From the NCBI RefSeq assembly GCF_965204935.1, contig NZ_CBDBFO010000002.1: 64,000 nt of DNA. One strand, 5' to 3'. The position numbers and the translations under genes were made by a program. Position 1 is the first letter of the stretch. Every line of letters starts with the position of its first letter. Under the pieces are notes generated by a model that saw only the letters and a program-made list of their open reading frames with translations, did not search any database and had not been told where the DNA came from. Shown here in pieces: positions 18,070 through 27,804 of this stretch. Origin of the DNA: Hoeflea sp. Lineage in GTDB: Bacteria > Pseudomonadota > Alphaproteobacteria > Rhizobiales > Rhizobiaceae.

Positions 18070-18546
18070 ATGAGCACCGCGATATACCCACCACAATTCG
18101 GCGAGCAGACACCGCTTCAGGACGTTCTGACCTGGCGCATCCATCAGGTGCATTCGAAACTCAACGTGCACGCGGCGAAATTTCTCGAAAAGACATCCGG
18201 CATAGCGCTGGTCCACTGGCGGGTCATGCTGTCGATCGGCGACGAGGGCAACACCACGCATTCCGAAATCCGCCGCAAGATCGCCATGGACAAGGGCCAG
18301 CTCAGCCGCTGTCTCAGGGGCATGATTGCGGAGGGCCTGGTCACCGCGACCGGCGATGACACCGATCAGCGCCAGCAGCGCCTGTCGCTGACGAAGAAGG
18401 GCAAGCGGATCTTCAGGAAAACCCTGCCCGAAATGCGCAAGCGCCAGTCCTTTCTGGTCGGCAGCCTTTCCAAGACCGAGAGCAAGGCCATTTTCTCCGC
18501 CCTCGACAAGCTGGAAATGGCGGCACTGAACCACGAGTTCCTGTGA
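18070..18546 (+). CDS. MarR-family transcriptional regulator
   Basis: 158 aa with a winged-HTH region ...SEIRRKIAMDKGQLSRCLRGMIAEGLV...DQRQQRLSLTKKG. Confidence 0.85.
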   Translation: MSTAIYPPQFGEQTPLQDVLTWRIHQVHSKLNVHAAKFLEKTSGIALVHWRVMLSIGDEGNTTHSEIRRKIAMDKGQLSRCLRGMIAEGLVTATGDDTDQRQQRLSLTKKGKRIFRKTLPEMRKRQSFLVGSLSKTESKAIFSALDKLEMAALNHEFL

Positions 18547-19985
18547 TGGATGGTCCCAACGTCCTTGTACTCATGTCGGACGAGCACCAGGCGCGCGCCA
18601 TGGGCTGCGCCGGCCATCCGTTTGTGCGCACTCCGAACCTCGACGCCTTGGCGGCGCGCGGCACGCGTTTTGCCGATGCCTATACGCCAAGTTCAATTTG
18701 CGTTCCCGCGCGCGCCAGCTTCGCCACCGGCCGCTATGTGCACCAGACGCGCATGTGGGACAACGCGATGCCCTATGACGGCTCGATCCCCGGATGGGGA
18801 CACGCGCTGCAGGAAAAGGGTGTTCCGGTGGAATCCATCGGCAAGCTTCACTACCGCTCCAAGGAGGATCCCGCCGGCTTCGATATCGAACACATCCCCA
18901 TGATGGTGGCCGGCGGCGTCGGCATGGTGTGGGCCTCGATCCGCAAGGAGGAGGAGCGCATATCGGGCGAAGGAAGGATGCTCGGCGACTATATCGGCCC
19001 GGGCGACAGCAAATACACCGATTATGATGCCGCGGTGACACGGCGAACCGTCGATTGGCTGAAGGAGCGCAGCGCTTCGACGCAGCGGCGGCCCTGGTGC
19101 CTTTATGTCGGGCTGGTCGCGCCGCACTTTCCACTCGTCGTGCCGCAAGAGTTTTATGACCGGTATCCGCCAGACAGTCTGCCGGATCCGAAACTGCATC
19201 CCCGAGACGGCCATCCGCGCCATCCCTGGGTGGAAAAACAGAATGGCTTCAATGATTCCGAGTCGAAGTTCGAAGACGAGGAGGAGCGTCGCCGCGCGAT
19301 CGCCGCCTATTTCGGCCTGTGTACCTGGCTTGACCACAATATCGGTCAAATCCTGAGCGCGTTGCAGGCGTCCGGTGAGGCCGAAAACACGGTCGTCGTC
19401 TACACCTCCGATCACGGCGACAATGTCGGTGCGCGCGGCCTTTGGGGCAAGTCGAACCTTTATCTTGAAAGCGTGGCCGTTCCGCTGATCATGGCCGGCC
19501 CCAACATTCCCGTCGGGACCTGCAGGACGCCGGTGAGCCTCCTTGACCTTTCGGCGACGATACCTGCGCTTTTCGGCGCCGAACTCGACGGCACCGCCGG
19601 CATTCGTCCGCTTGACGCGATCGCCCGTGAACCGGACGACCCGGAGCGCATCATGTTCAGCGAATACCATGCAGCCGGTGCCGTTTCCGGCGCTTTCATG
19701 CTGAAAAAGGGCCGCTGGAAATACCATTACTATGTCGGCTTCCCTCCCGAGCTGTTCGATCTTGATGAGGACCCGGAAGAGACACGCAACCTGGCGGACG
19801 ATCCGGACTTCCGCGACATCCTCGCAATGATGGACGGCGAACTGAGGAACATCTGCGACCCGGAAGTGACCGACGCCCAGGCCTTTGCCGACCAGGCGGC
19901 GCTGATTAAACGCGTGGGCGGCCGTGACGCCGCACTCGGTCTCGGTGCGCCGGGCGCGACACCGCCACCGGAGATCAAGCCATGA
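18546..19985 (+). CDS. Sulfatase (Cys-type), no signal peptide
   Basis: NVLVLMSDEHQ metal-ligand motif and formylglycine motif C-V-P-A-R-ASFATG. The ATG overlaps the marR stop codon. Confidence 0.85.
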   Translation: MDGPNVLVLMSDEHQARAMGCAGHPFVRTPNLDALAARGTRFADAYTPSSICVPARASFATGRYVHQTRMWDNAMPYDGSIPGWGHALQEKGVPVESIGKLHYRSKEDPAGFDIEHIPMMVAGGVGMVWASIRKEEERISGEGRMLGDYIGPGDSKYTDYDAAVTRRTVDWLKERSASTQRRPWCLYVGLVAPHFPLVVPQEFYDRYPPDSLPDPKLHPRDGHPRHPWVEKQNGFNDSESKFEDEEERRRAIAAYFGLCTWLDHNIGQILSALQASGEAENTVVVYTSDHGDNVGARGLWGKSNLYLESVAVPLIMAGPNIPVGTCRTPVSLLDLSATIPALFGAELDGTAGIRPLDAIAREPDDPERIMFSEYHAAGAVSGAFMLKKGRWKYHYYVGFPPELFDLDEDPEETRNLADDPDFRDILAMMDGELRNICDPEVTDAQAFADQAALIKRVGGRDAALGLGAPGATPPPEIKP

Positions 19986-20830
19986 AACTGACCATCCTCG
20001 GATCCGGCTCGCCGGAGGCCTATGCCCGCCGCGCATCAAGCGGCTATCTGCTCGAGATCGGCGACGATCGCATCCTGTTCGACTGCGGCGGCGGTGTCTT
20101 CGACAACCTTGTCCGGTCCGGGCGTGTGCCGTCGGACATCACCCACCTGTTCTTTTCCCACCTTCATACCGACCACATGATGGACTATGCCCGGCTGGTG
20201 CACGCCGCCTGGGACGAGGGCGCTCCACCGCTGAAGGTCTGGGGTCCGTCACCCATCGCCCGGATCACCGAAGGCTATTTCGGCCGCGATGGCGTTTTGT
20301 CCGCGGACCTTTATGCCCGCACCGAGCTCAAACCCAGCCAGGAGGTCTGGCTGGCACGCGGTGGCACGCTGCCGCGTCCGTGGCCGGCGCCGGAGGTGGT
20401 TGAGATAAGGCCCGGCTTCTCCTTTGTAGGAAACGGCTGGACGCTCAATTCCTGTGAAGTGCCGCACGCCCAGCCGGCCTTCGACTGCATGGCGTTTTCA
20501 GTGGAAAGCGGTGGAAAGAAATTCGTCTATTCCGGCGATGCGGCGATTTGCGAGGACCTCGAACATCTGAGCGCCGATGCCGATCTATTGCTGCACTGGT
20601 GCTACCGGCTGAGTGGCGAGGCGGTCCATCCGGCATTGTCGGAGATGAGCCCGACCCCGGAGCACATCGCCAAAATGGCGGCACGCGCCGGCGCGAGGCG
20701 CCTGCTGATCAGCCATTTCCGCATTCACATGGATTCGACAGAAGGCCATGAAAGCGCCCGCCGGGACCTTGCCACCCACTTTGAAGGCCCGTCCGAAATC
20801 GTCGAGGATCTCCAGGTCTATTCGCTCTAG
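19982..20830 (+). CDS. MBL-fold metallo-hydrolase
   Basis: HLHTDH (HxHxDH) motif. 4-bp overlap with the upstream sulfatase gene. Confidence 0.8.
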   Translation: MKLTILGSGSPEAYARRASSGYLLEIGDDRILFDCGGGVFDNLVRSGRVPSDITHLFFSHLHTDHMMDYARLVHAAWDEGAPPLKVWGPSPIARITEGYFGRDGVLSADLYARTELKPSQEVWLARGGTLPRPWPAPEVVEIRPGFSFVGNGWTLNSCEVPHAQPAFDCMAFSVESGGKKFVYSGDAAICEDLEHLSADADLLLHWCYRLSGEAVHPALSEMSPTPEHIAKMAARAGARRLLISHFRIHMDSTEGHESARRDLATHFEGPSEIVEDLQVYSL

Positions 20831-20844
20831 AGAGCGCTCTTCCC

Positions 20845-23139
20845 TTACCCGGCCAGGCGGTGATCCCCGGCCGGTTCCTCGTGATCTGTCTCGGGTTCGG
20901 CCGGCTGATCGCCCGCAAGCCGGAACTCCGACACCACCGCTGAAAGCCCGCCCGCATCGTCCGCAAGCTTGTGGATCACGGCATTGGTCTCTTCGACCAT
21001 GGCGGCATTCTGCTGCGTCATGCGGTCCATCTGCGTTACCGCCGAATTGACTTCCTGGATCCCGGTCAGTTGTTCCTTGGCGGCCGACGCGATCGTTGCG
21101 ATCCGCCCGTTAATGTCGGCAACATGATGGGAAATCTGATCGAGCGCCTCTCCGGTCGCCTTGACAAGGCTGACACCGTTGCTGACCTCGGAGCCCGATT
21201 TGTTGATCAGTTCCTTGATTTCGGTGGCTGCGCCGGCCGCGCGCTGGGCCAGTTCACGCACCTCCTGGGCGACCACGGCAAAACCTTTGCCGGCTTCGCC
21301 GGCCCGCGCCGCCTCGACACCGGCATTGAGCGCCAGAAGATTGGTCTGAAAGGCGATCTCGTCGATCACATTGATGATTTTGGAGATTTCCTCAGAGGCC
21401 TTTTCAATACCCTCCATGGCAGAGACGGCTTCCGACACAACACTGCCGGACCGGTCAGCGTCGTCCTTGGCGGCATTGGCCATTTGCTCGGCTTCGGCGG
21501 CGCGCTCCGAGGTTTCTCGGACGGTCGAGGTGATTTCCTCGAGCGCGGCCGATGTTTCCTCCAGCGAGGCAGCCTGCTGTTCGGTGCGCCGCGACAGATC
21601 GTCCGCCGACGCGCGCATTTCCCGCGCGTTGCCGTCGATCGATCCGGAATTGTCCTGGATGCGGTAAAGCGTCGAATTGAGCTTTTCGACCGTCGCGTTG
21701 AAATCGACACGCAGGCGGTCGAGACTGTCCATGAAGGGTTCGTCCAGCCGCACCGAAAGATCGCCTTCCGACAAACGCGTCAGCCCGCCCGCCAGCGCAT
21801 CGACGGCCGCCTGCATCCGGCCGGCTTCTTCTGCCTTGGCCGAGGCCCGCTCCTGCGCCTCGCGCTCGGTGGTCTCACGGGTTTGCTCCGCCTCGTTTTG
21901 AAGCTGCTCCTTTTCGATCGCCGCCTCCTTGAACACGGCGACCGATCGGACCATGTCGCCGATCTCGTCCTTGCGCTCCGTGTCGCCGATGTCGAAATCG
22001 GTTTGCCCTTCGCTGAGCTGGCGCATATTGGCAACCAGCGCGTTGATCGGGCGTGTCAGGTTGCGTGAAAACAACAGTGCGCTGCCGAGGGCAACCGCAA
22101 GCAGCACGAGAGAAACGACGATGACGATCTGCCGCATCGACGCAACCGCCTGTCCGGCTTCCCGACTGTCGACGAGCGCTGCGACCACCCAGCCTGCATT
22201 GAGGAAGTCGACACGCGCGAAGGCAACCGTTGCATGCATGTCGCGGTAATTGTCCGTGTTCCCGGTGACGATCTCCCGCGCCTCCAGCGTCCGGAACTGT
22301 TCCGGATCAAGCCGCGCATTGCCGACGTCATTGGCTTCGGTCAAAGTAGAATTGGTCAGAAGAAAACCGTCGGAACGCAACAGCACCGTCTCGCCGGTCT
22401 CGCCGAGACCGGTCCGGTTGTTCATGATCGCTTCGATCTTGCCGGTCGGCAACGCCACGACAAAGGCACCCTTGACCTCGTCGGCGACGATCACCGGCTT
22501 TGCGACAAATGCCGTCAGCGGCCGGCTACCGGTTGCATAGGGTCCGTAATCCAGAAATGTCACACCCGGCGAATCGCCCATCGCGATCGCCTTTTCGAAT
22601 ATCCGCGCCAGCGCGGTGCCTTTCCAGGCGTCATCGTTGATGTTAACATTGAAGTCGTCATTCTTGAGCAGCGTGAAGACGACCCGCCCGTCGGTATTGA
22701 TGAGGAAGATGTCCTCGAAATCATTTTCCTGCGCGATTTTGTCGAAAACCGGCCCGAACTTGCCTTCGTGGTTGAGATAGACGCGCGCGCCGCTCGGCGT
22801 GCTCTGGTCCACCTTCTCCTCATGGCTGAGCGCCTGGTCGGTGACCAGCGTCAGGAATGCGTCCTCCATGCCCTCATTGACCATCGTCAGCCCGATGCCG
22901 AACAGGTTGAGGGCCGCGGCGACATTCGGTGTCACTGCGATCTCCTCGATGTCCTTCTTGGTCGACTCCAGATAGGTCTCGATCTGATTGCGGCGGCCGT
23001 CCGCAATCGCCGACAGTTTCTCATCATATTCCCGGGTAAGGGCGTTGGAGCTGATCATCAGGCCGCCAATGCTTGAGGCGGCAATCGAGACAACGGTTAA
23101 AATGGCGGCTGCCAGCGGCAGTTTCCTTGAGATGAGCAT
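20845..23139 (-). CDS. Methyl-accepting chemotaxis protein with a periplasmic Cache-like sensor and a HAMP domain
   Basis: Two TM segments. Highly conserved signalling hairpin [40 protein letters not shown]. Confidence 0.9.
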   Translation of the reverse strand: MLISRKLPLAAAILTVVSIAASSIGGLMISSNALTREYDEKLSAIADGRRNQIETYLESTKKDIEEIAVTPNVAAALNLFGIGLTMVNEGMEDAFLTLVTDQALSHEEKVDQSTPSGARVYLNHEGKFGPVFDKIAQENDFEDIFLINTDGRVVFTLLKNDDFNVNINDDAWKGTALARIFEKAIAMGDSPGVTFLDYGPYATGSRPLTAFVAKPVIVADEVKGAFVVALPTGKIEAIMNNRTGLGETGETVLLRSDGFLLTNSTLTEANDVGNARLDPEQFRTLEAREIVTGNTDNYRDMHATVAFARVDFLNAGWVVAALVDSREAGQAVASMRQIVIVVSLVLLAVALGSALLFSRNLTRPINALVANMRQLSEGQTDFDIGDTERKDEIGDMVRSVAVFKEAAIEKEQLQNEAEQTRETTEREAQERASAKAEEAGRMQAAVDALAGGLTRLSEGDLSVRLDEPFMDSLDRLRVDFNATVEKLNSTLYRIQDNSGSIDGNAREMRASADDLSRRTEQQAASLEETSAALEEITSTVRETSERAAEAEQMANAAKDDADRSGSVVSEAVSAMEGIEKASEEISKIINVIDEIAFQTNLLALNAGVEAARAGEAGKGFAVVAQEVRELAQRAAGAATEIKELINKSGSEVSNGVSLVKATGEALDQISHHVADINGRIATIASAAKEQLTGIQEVNSAVTQMDRMTQQNAAMVEETNAVIHKLADDAGGLSAVVSEFRLAGDQPAEPETDHEEPAGDHRLAG

Positions 23140-23452
23140 GAAGCGCGTCCGAAAAACAAATAAAGTATAATGCCGGCTGGCGATCCGGTCGGAGGCATCA
23201 TGCGCGTTCGCGTTAAAGGCGCGAATGACCAGGCAAGGCCAAGTTAGGTTGCAATTGCAAAAGATCGATTAACACCTGTCCAATCAGTTCCATATCAATG
23301 CGGCCCTTCGACTGCCGACATAGATCATCCAATTTGGATGCAAGCATTGGTTAAGAAGTTGTTTTGCCTTTAGCGCTATTAGTGTACTCGATTGTTCCAA
23401 TCATTTCCATCGGGACCTATTGATATGCCAGTGTAGCCGAGCGGACAACATC

Positions 23453-23866
23453 ATGGATTCTTTTTTTATTTCAATTGTTTATTTGCTACCGCTGGCTGTA
23501 GCGTTTGCCCTATCTTATCGTTGCGTTAGCATCCTCGCGCGACGTTTGCTGGTCTTTTCGACGCTCTACTTCGCGGCGGTTCTTATCCTCGCATTCTATT
23601 TCGAGGATCAATGCACCGGGAGCCTTTTGAAAGGACTGGATTATTGTTCAGGTGGCAAAACACAGCTGGCGCTAGGCAATTGGATTGCAGGGCCATTGTT
23701 TATTTCGTTGGCGGTCCTCTATCCCATTTTTGGGCCAATTATCTTGGCTTGGGCGATTTCAGTGGAGTGGAAAGCCCGGCGGCTAAAACCCGTTCTATTT
23801 AAGTACGCGTTTATTCCACTCACAATCCTATTGGATGTCGTCGTGATATCGATGATGTTTCGCTGA
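23453..23866 (+). CDS. Hypothetical integral membrane protein in a low-GC islet
   Basis: 137 aa with about 4 hydrophobic helices and no recognisable motif. Start chosen at the first ATG (MDSFFISIVY); the track start at 23420 is TTG. Confidence 0.4.
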   Translation: MDSFFISIVYLLPLAVAFALSYRCVSILARRLLVFSTLYFAAVLILAFYFEDQCTGSLLKGLDYCSGGKTQLALGNWIAGPLFISLAVLYPIFGPIILAWAISVEWKARRLKPVLFKYAFIPLTILLDVVVISMMFR

Positions 23867-23945
23867 ACTTTGTTTGTCCTCAAAGAGATGCGCAATAATC
23901 CATTTAGCGTTATCATTGGGAATGGCCGTTGAAGGCGATACCAAG

Positions 23946-24605
23946 ATGTGGCCGAAACAGGACATCGATCCCGGTGTCCTGGGTGCCCTTGCGCATCTGT
24001 ATCGCGGGGAAGTTTACCGCAGCACCCATTGGCGCAACAGGCTCGACAACACCACCAACTGGGCGGTGGTGACGACGGGAATTGCCCTTTCGGCGACCTT
24101 CAGCAACGTCAACGCATCGCCGCTGCCGATGATTCTCGTCGGGTTCCTGGTCACCTTCTTCCTGGCTTTCGAAGCCCGCCGCTACCGCTACTACAACCTT
24201 TTCCGCGCCCGCGCCCGCCTGCTTGAGTCCGACTTTTACGCACCGATGCTCAATGGTGAAAAGGTTCGCCTGGATGCCGACTGGGGAGCCATGCTCGCCG
24301 ACGACTACCGCACGCCGCACTATCACATCAGCTTCATCCGGGCCGCCGGGCGGCGGCTGCGCAACAATTATTCATGGATTCTCGCCATCCAGGCCGCCGC
24401 CTACTACGGAAAACTGGCTATCCACCCTGTTCCGCTTTCGAGCATGTCCGATTTCATCGAGCGGGCGGCGATCGGGCCGATCCCCGGCCAGTATGTCATA
24501 GCCGCCGGCATTCTGTTCCACGGCAGTTGGTTCGTCTTTGCCTTTGTGACGCTGCGGCTCGATCAGCTTTACCGGCGCAAACGCCAGTCGCCAATGGAAC
24601 ATTAG
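23946..24605 (+). CDS. DUF2270-like integral membrane protein
   Basis: The HLYRGEVYRSTHWRNRLDNTTNWAVVTTG motif is recalled as characteristic of DUF2270. An alternative start exists at 23922. Confidence 0.6.
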   Translation: MWPKQDIDPGVLGALAHLYRGEVYRSTHWRNRLDNTTNWAVVTTGIALSATFSNVNASPLPMILVGFLVTFFLAFEARRYRYYNLFRARARLLESDFYAPMLNGEKVRLDADWGAMLADDYRTPHYHISFIRAAGRRLRNNYSWILAIQAAAYYGKLAIHPVPLSSMSDFIERAAIGPIPGQYVIAAGILFHGSWFVFAFVTLRLDQLYRRKRQSPMEH

Positions 24606-24732
24606 CCGGATTACTTTGTGCTTGCCGCATCGCCATTCCTTGAGCTAAAGCACAGGGCCGTATCGGATATCGGTTCGACCTGGCGCGAAAATCCGTAAGC
24701 AACTGTCGCAACTTACAAAAATCTGATATGGT

Positions 24733-24748
24733 TTGACCCTAAGGTCAA
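24733..24748. promoter_or_regulatory. Perfect palindrome TTGACC-CTAA-GGTCAA upstream of the cyclase gene, a candidate operator
   Basis: 6-bp arms, about 150 bp upstream of the ATG at 24895, within an AT-richer intergenic region. Confidence 0.3.
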
Positions 24749-24894
24749 GAATTGCAAGACCATGAATTTTGGCGGGGAATTTTTGCCCTAGGCGCGAATT
24801 CCGGATTCCCCGACTGTCGCATGCGTATATTTGGAAGAAATCCGAAAATGTGCTTGCGTGAAATGCTGATGCGGGGGCGCGAGCATTGCATTTG

Positions 24895-27786
24895 ATGGCG
24901 TATCCAGAACGCAGCGTCGTGACGGTATTGGTCGTCGACGCTGTGAGCTCCACGAGCCGGATAGCCTCTGTCGATCCCGATGATTCACAACTCATGGTAG
25001 ATGACGTGCTCTCCCACATTCGCCAGTGTGTGGAGCGGGCGGGCGGCCTTTTGGTCAGCTTTGCGGGCGATGGCGGTGTTGCCGTTTTCGGCTGGCCGGA
25101 CTCGCTTGAAGATCACGCGGACAGGGCTTGCGAGGCTGCCTGGAACATTCAGCACTACGGCGGCGGCGACAGCCCCATTCTCGACCCGGAGAAGAACGAG
25201 GTCCTGTTTCGGGTCGGAATCCATTCCGGGCTCGTTGGATTGCGTCACCTCGAACTGGAGCGCGGCTCGCAGGTCGATCTTGTCGGCGGAACCGTTCACC
25301 TGGCCGCGCGCCTGGAGAAAAGCGCCCAGCCGGGCGAGATTTTGTTGAGCGCGGAGACCTTGGAACTGTGCCAACTGGCGGTCGAGCACAGTCCAAGGCC
25401 AGACCTCCAGATCCTCTCGGAGATCAATTCCAGCGTCTTTTGCCTGAGCGCACCGCCCAAACGGCATGCCACGAACGAGGCGATACAGGATTATGATTTT
25501 CCGATCGTCGGCCGCGACCAGGAACAGGCCATGCTGCGGGACGCATTGGCCCGTGTATCGCCGTCCAAGATCGCCTTCGCCATTGTCGGCGAGCCGGGCA
25601 TCGGCAAGAGCCGCCTCGCCGCTGCCGCCATCGAAGAGGCGCTGACGGAAGGCACCATCGACCGGCTCTTGGTTTATCGCGGTGATATTCAAAGGCGCAC
25701 CACGCCCTTTGCCGTTTTCAGGAGCCTCATACTCGACGCCCTTGACCTCGACGAGCAGGCGACGCAATCGCAAATCGAGGCCGCATTTTCAGACGCCGGC
25801 CTCGAGTCCACGGGCAACGGGGCTCTGGACGCGATCCTGATGTCCGACGGCCAGGGACGTTCAACGCGGACCGCGCCGAAGCTTTCCCTGAAACAGACAG
25901 CACAGGCACTGGTCGAGATTTTCGCGCGTCTGGCGTTGAAGGACCGCACCCTTTTGCTGCTCGAGGATCTACATCTGGTTGATCCGGAGAGCCAGCTGTG
26001 CCTGGAACTGCTTTGCGAAAACGACGATGACCGGCGGCTGATCCTGCTTTTGACGGGGCGTCCGGAAGCGGCATTCGACGCACAGCAGATTGCCGACACG
26101 GTGCTGCGCCTTGAACCGATGACGCGCGACCAGATGCGGGCACTGGCCCTCAAGCTGTGGACAAAGAACACCCCGGACAAACTCAACATCGAGAAGGCGC
26201 TGGACCAGGCTGACGGGATTCCCTTCGTGCTCGAACAGTGGGCCTGTTCGCTGGATCCGCAGGAGGCAGAGACATTCTCGTCGATACCGCAGGGTGTGCA
26301 GTCGATGAACCATGCGCGCCTTAACCGCCTGCCGCGCGCGGTCAAGCATTGCGCGCAGTCTCTGAGTATTCTGGGCGAGCAGGTCGAGCTGGACTTCGCG
26401 CGCAAGGTGCTTGGCGTGGATATGGAGGACTTGCTGGAGAGTCTCGACCGGCTCGAACAACTCGCCATAACCCGTGTCATGGCCGGACGGTCGGTGCGTT
26501 TCTGCCACGCGATCATCGCTGATGCCTGCCGCAACACCGTACCGCGCGCCCGGCGCCGGGACATACACCGCACCGCCATCGATGTGATCAATCAGACCTA
26601 CGCGGACCTTGGCGGCCAGTACGAGCGCCTGGCTTTTCACGCAGAAGCAGCGGGTGACGACCTGCAGGCACTTGAGTATCTGGTCAAGGCCGCCGACCGC
26701 GCCAAGAGGAACCATGCCGGCAAATCGCTTCAGCTTCTTTTCGACCGGGCCCTGGTATTGATTGACCGTATCGGTGAGCCGGCAGAGGAAATCTTTGTCG
26801 ACCTGACCATCATGGTGTGCACGACGATGCTGCAGCTCGGCGAATTCTCCAAGATGCACAGCCATCTTCCAAAGGTCCTGGCACTGTCTGAAAAGCAGCA
26901 GCGGAAAAGCCAGATCTGCGCCTCCAAGTGCAATCTCGGCATGGTCGACTGGTTCGAGGGACGATACGCAGACGGCATCATGATCGTCGAGGAAGCGCTG
27001 CAGATGGCAAAGGAGATGGACTCCTTGCCGCACATCTTCGCAGCACAACACCTGCTGTCGGTTTTGAACCACGCCATGGGCAACATGGAACAGGCGATGA
27101 CGCTTTCCCGTGATCTGTGTGGCCGGCTGTCCGGCGATCTGCAGGACTCACGGCTGGGCGCAGCCGGCATCCCCGGCGCCATATCGCGGGCCTTTCTGGG
27201 CTGGTTCCTCACCGACATGGGCGAATATGAAGAGAGCCTGGATTACGCGCAAACCGCTCTTGATATCTCACGGGCAAGCAATGATCCCTATACAGAAGTC
27301 ATCGCCCTCAACGCGCTTGGCAGGAATCTGATCATGATGGGTCGCACCGGCGACGCGGTGACCTGTCTTGAAACGACGATGGCGCTGATCGAAGAACACG
27401 GTTACGACGCACCGAAACCGCATATCACCGGTCTCCTGGCAACGGCGCTGACGCGCAGCGGCCGCGCCGCGGAGGCAATCGAGCTCGTCGATGAATGCTT
27501 CCAGAAATCCCTGCATCTGCGCACCGGGAGGCTGGAGATCTATTATCTCTATGCCGGCTATGCGGAGGCGCTCTACCACACGGGTGCCGTCGAGCGATGC
27601 CTACCTGCCATCGATCAGGCCATAGAAATCGGGCGCAGCATCAATAATCCCGGACTGCTCGTCCAGGGCCTCGCCCTGAGAGCCAAGCTGGCGACGGAAA
27701 TCAAGCCTGACAGCCCGCTTGTGCAGCAGGACATCGATGAGCATAGAAACCTGTGCGCAAGGCACGGCTTCAAGGTTCTGGTATAA
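24895..27786 (+). CDS. Class III adenylate/guanylate cyclase domain + AAA/STAND P-loop NTPase + TPR-like C-terminal repeats
   Basis: Cyclase metal ligands occur in VLVVDAVSST and FAGDGG. P-loop GEPGIGKS lies near 25590-25611. The helical repeat C-terminus is about 450 aa. The track start at 24886 is TTG; the first ATG is at 24895. Confidence 0.8.
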   Translation: MAYPERSVVTVLVVDAVSSTSRIASVDPDDSQLMVDDVLSHIRQCVERAGGLLVSFAGDGGVAVFGWPDSLEDHADRACEAAWNIQHYGGGDSPILDPEKNEVLFRVGIHSGLVGLRHLELERGSQVDLVGGTVHLAARLEKSAQPGEILLSAETLELCQLAVEHSPRPDLQILSEINSSVFCLSAPPKRHATNEAIQDYDFPIVGRDQEQAMLRDALARVSPSKIAFAIVGEPGIGKSRLAAAAIEEALTEGTIDRLLVYRGDIQRRTTPFAVFRSLILDALDLDEQATQSQIEAAFSDAGLESTGNGALDAILMSDGQGRSTRTAPKLSLKQTAQALVEIFARLALKDRTLLLLEDLHLVDPESQLCLELLCENDDDRRLILLLTGRPEAAFDAQQIADTVLRLEPMTRDQMRALALKLWTKNTPDKLNIEKALDQADGIPFVLEQWACSLDPQEAETFSSIPQGVQSMNHARLNRLPRAVKHCAQSLSILGEQVELDFARKVLGVDMEDLLESLDRLEQLAITRVMAGRSVRFCHAIIADACRNTVPRARRRDIHRTAIDVINQTYADLGGQYERLAFHAEAAGDDLQALEYLVKAADRAKRNHAGKSLQLLFDRALVLIDRIGEPAEEIFVDLTIMVCTTMLQLGEFSKMHSHLPKVLALSEKQQRKSQICASKCNLGMVDWFEGRYADGIMIVEEALQMAKEMDSLPHIFAAQHLLSVLNHAMGNMEQAMTLSRDLCGRLSGDLQDSRLGAAGIPGAISRAFLGWFLTDMGEYEESLDYAQTALDISRASNDPYTEVIALNALGRNLIMMGRTGDAVTCLETTMALIEEHGYDAPKPHITGLLATALTRSGRAAEAIELVDECFQKSLHLRTGRLEIYYLYAGYAEALYHTGAVERCLPAIDQAIEIGRSINNPGLLVQGLALRAKLATEIKPDSPLVQQDIDEHRNLCARHGFKVLV

Positions 27787-27804
27787 CGCGGCGCCCGATC
27801 TGCC

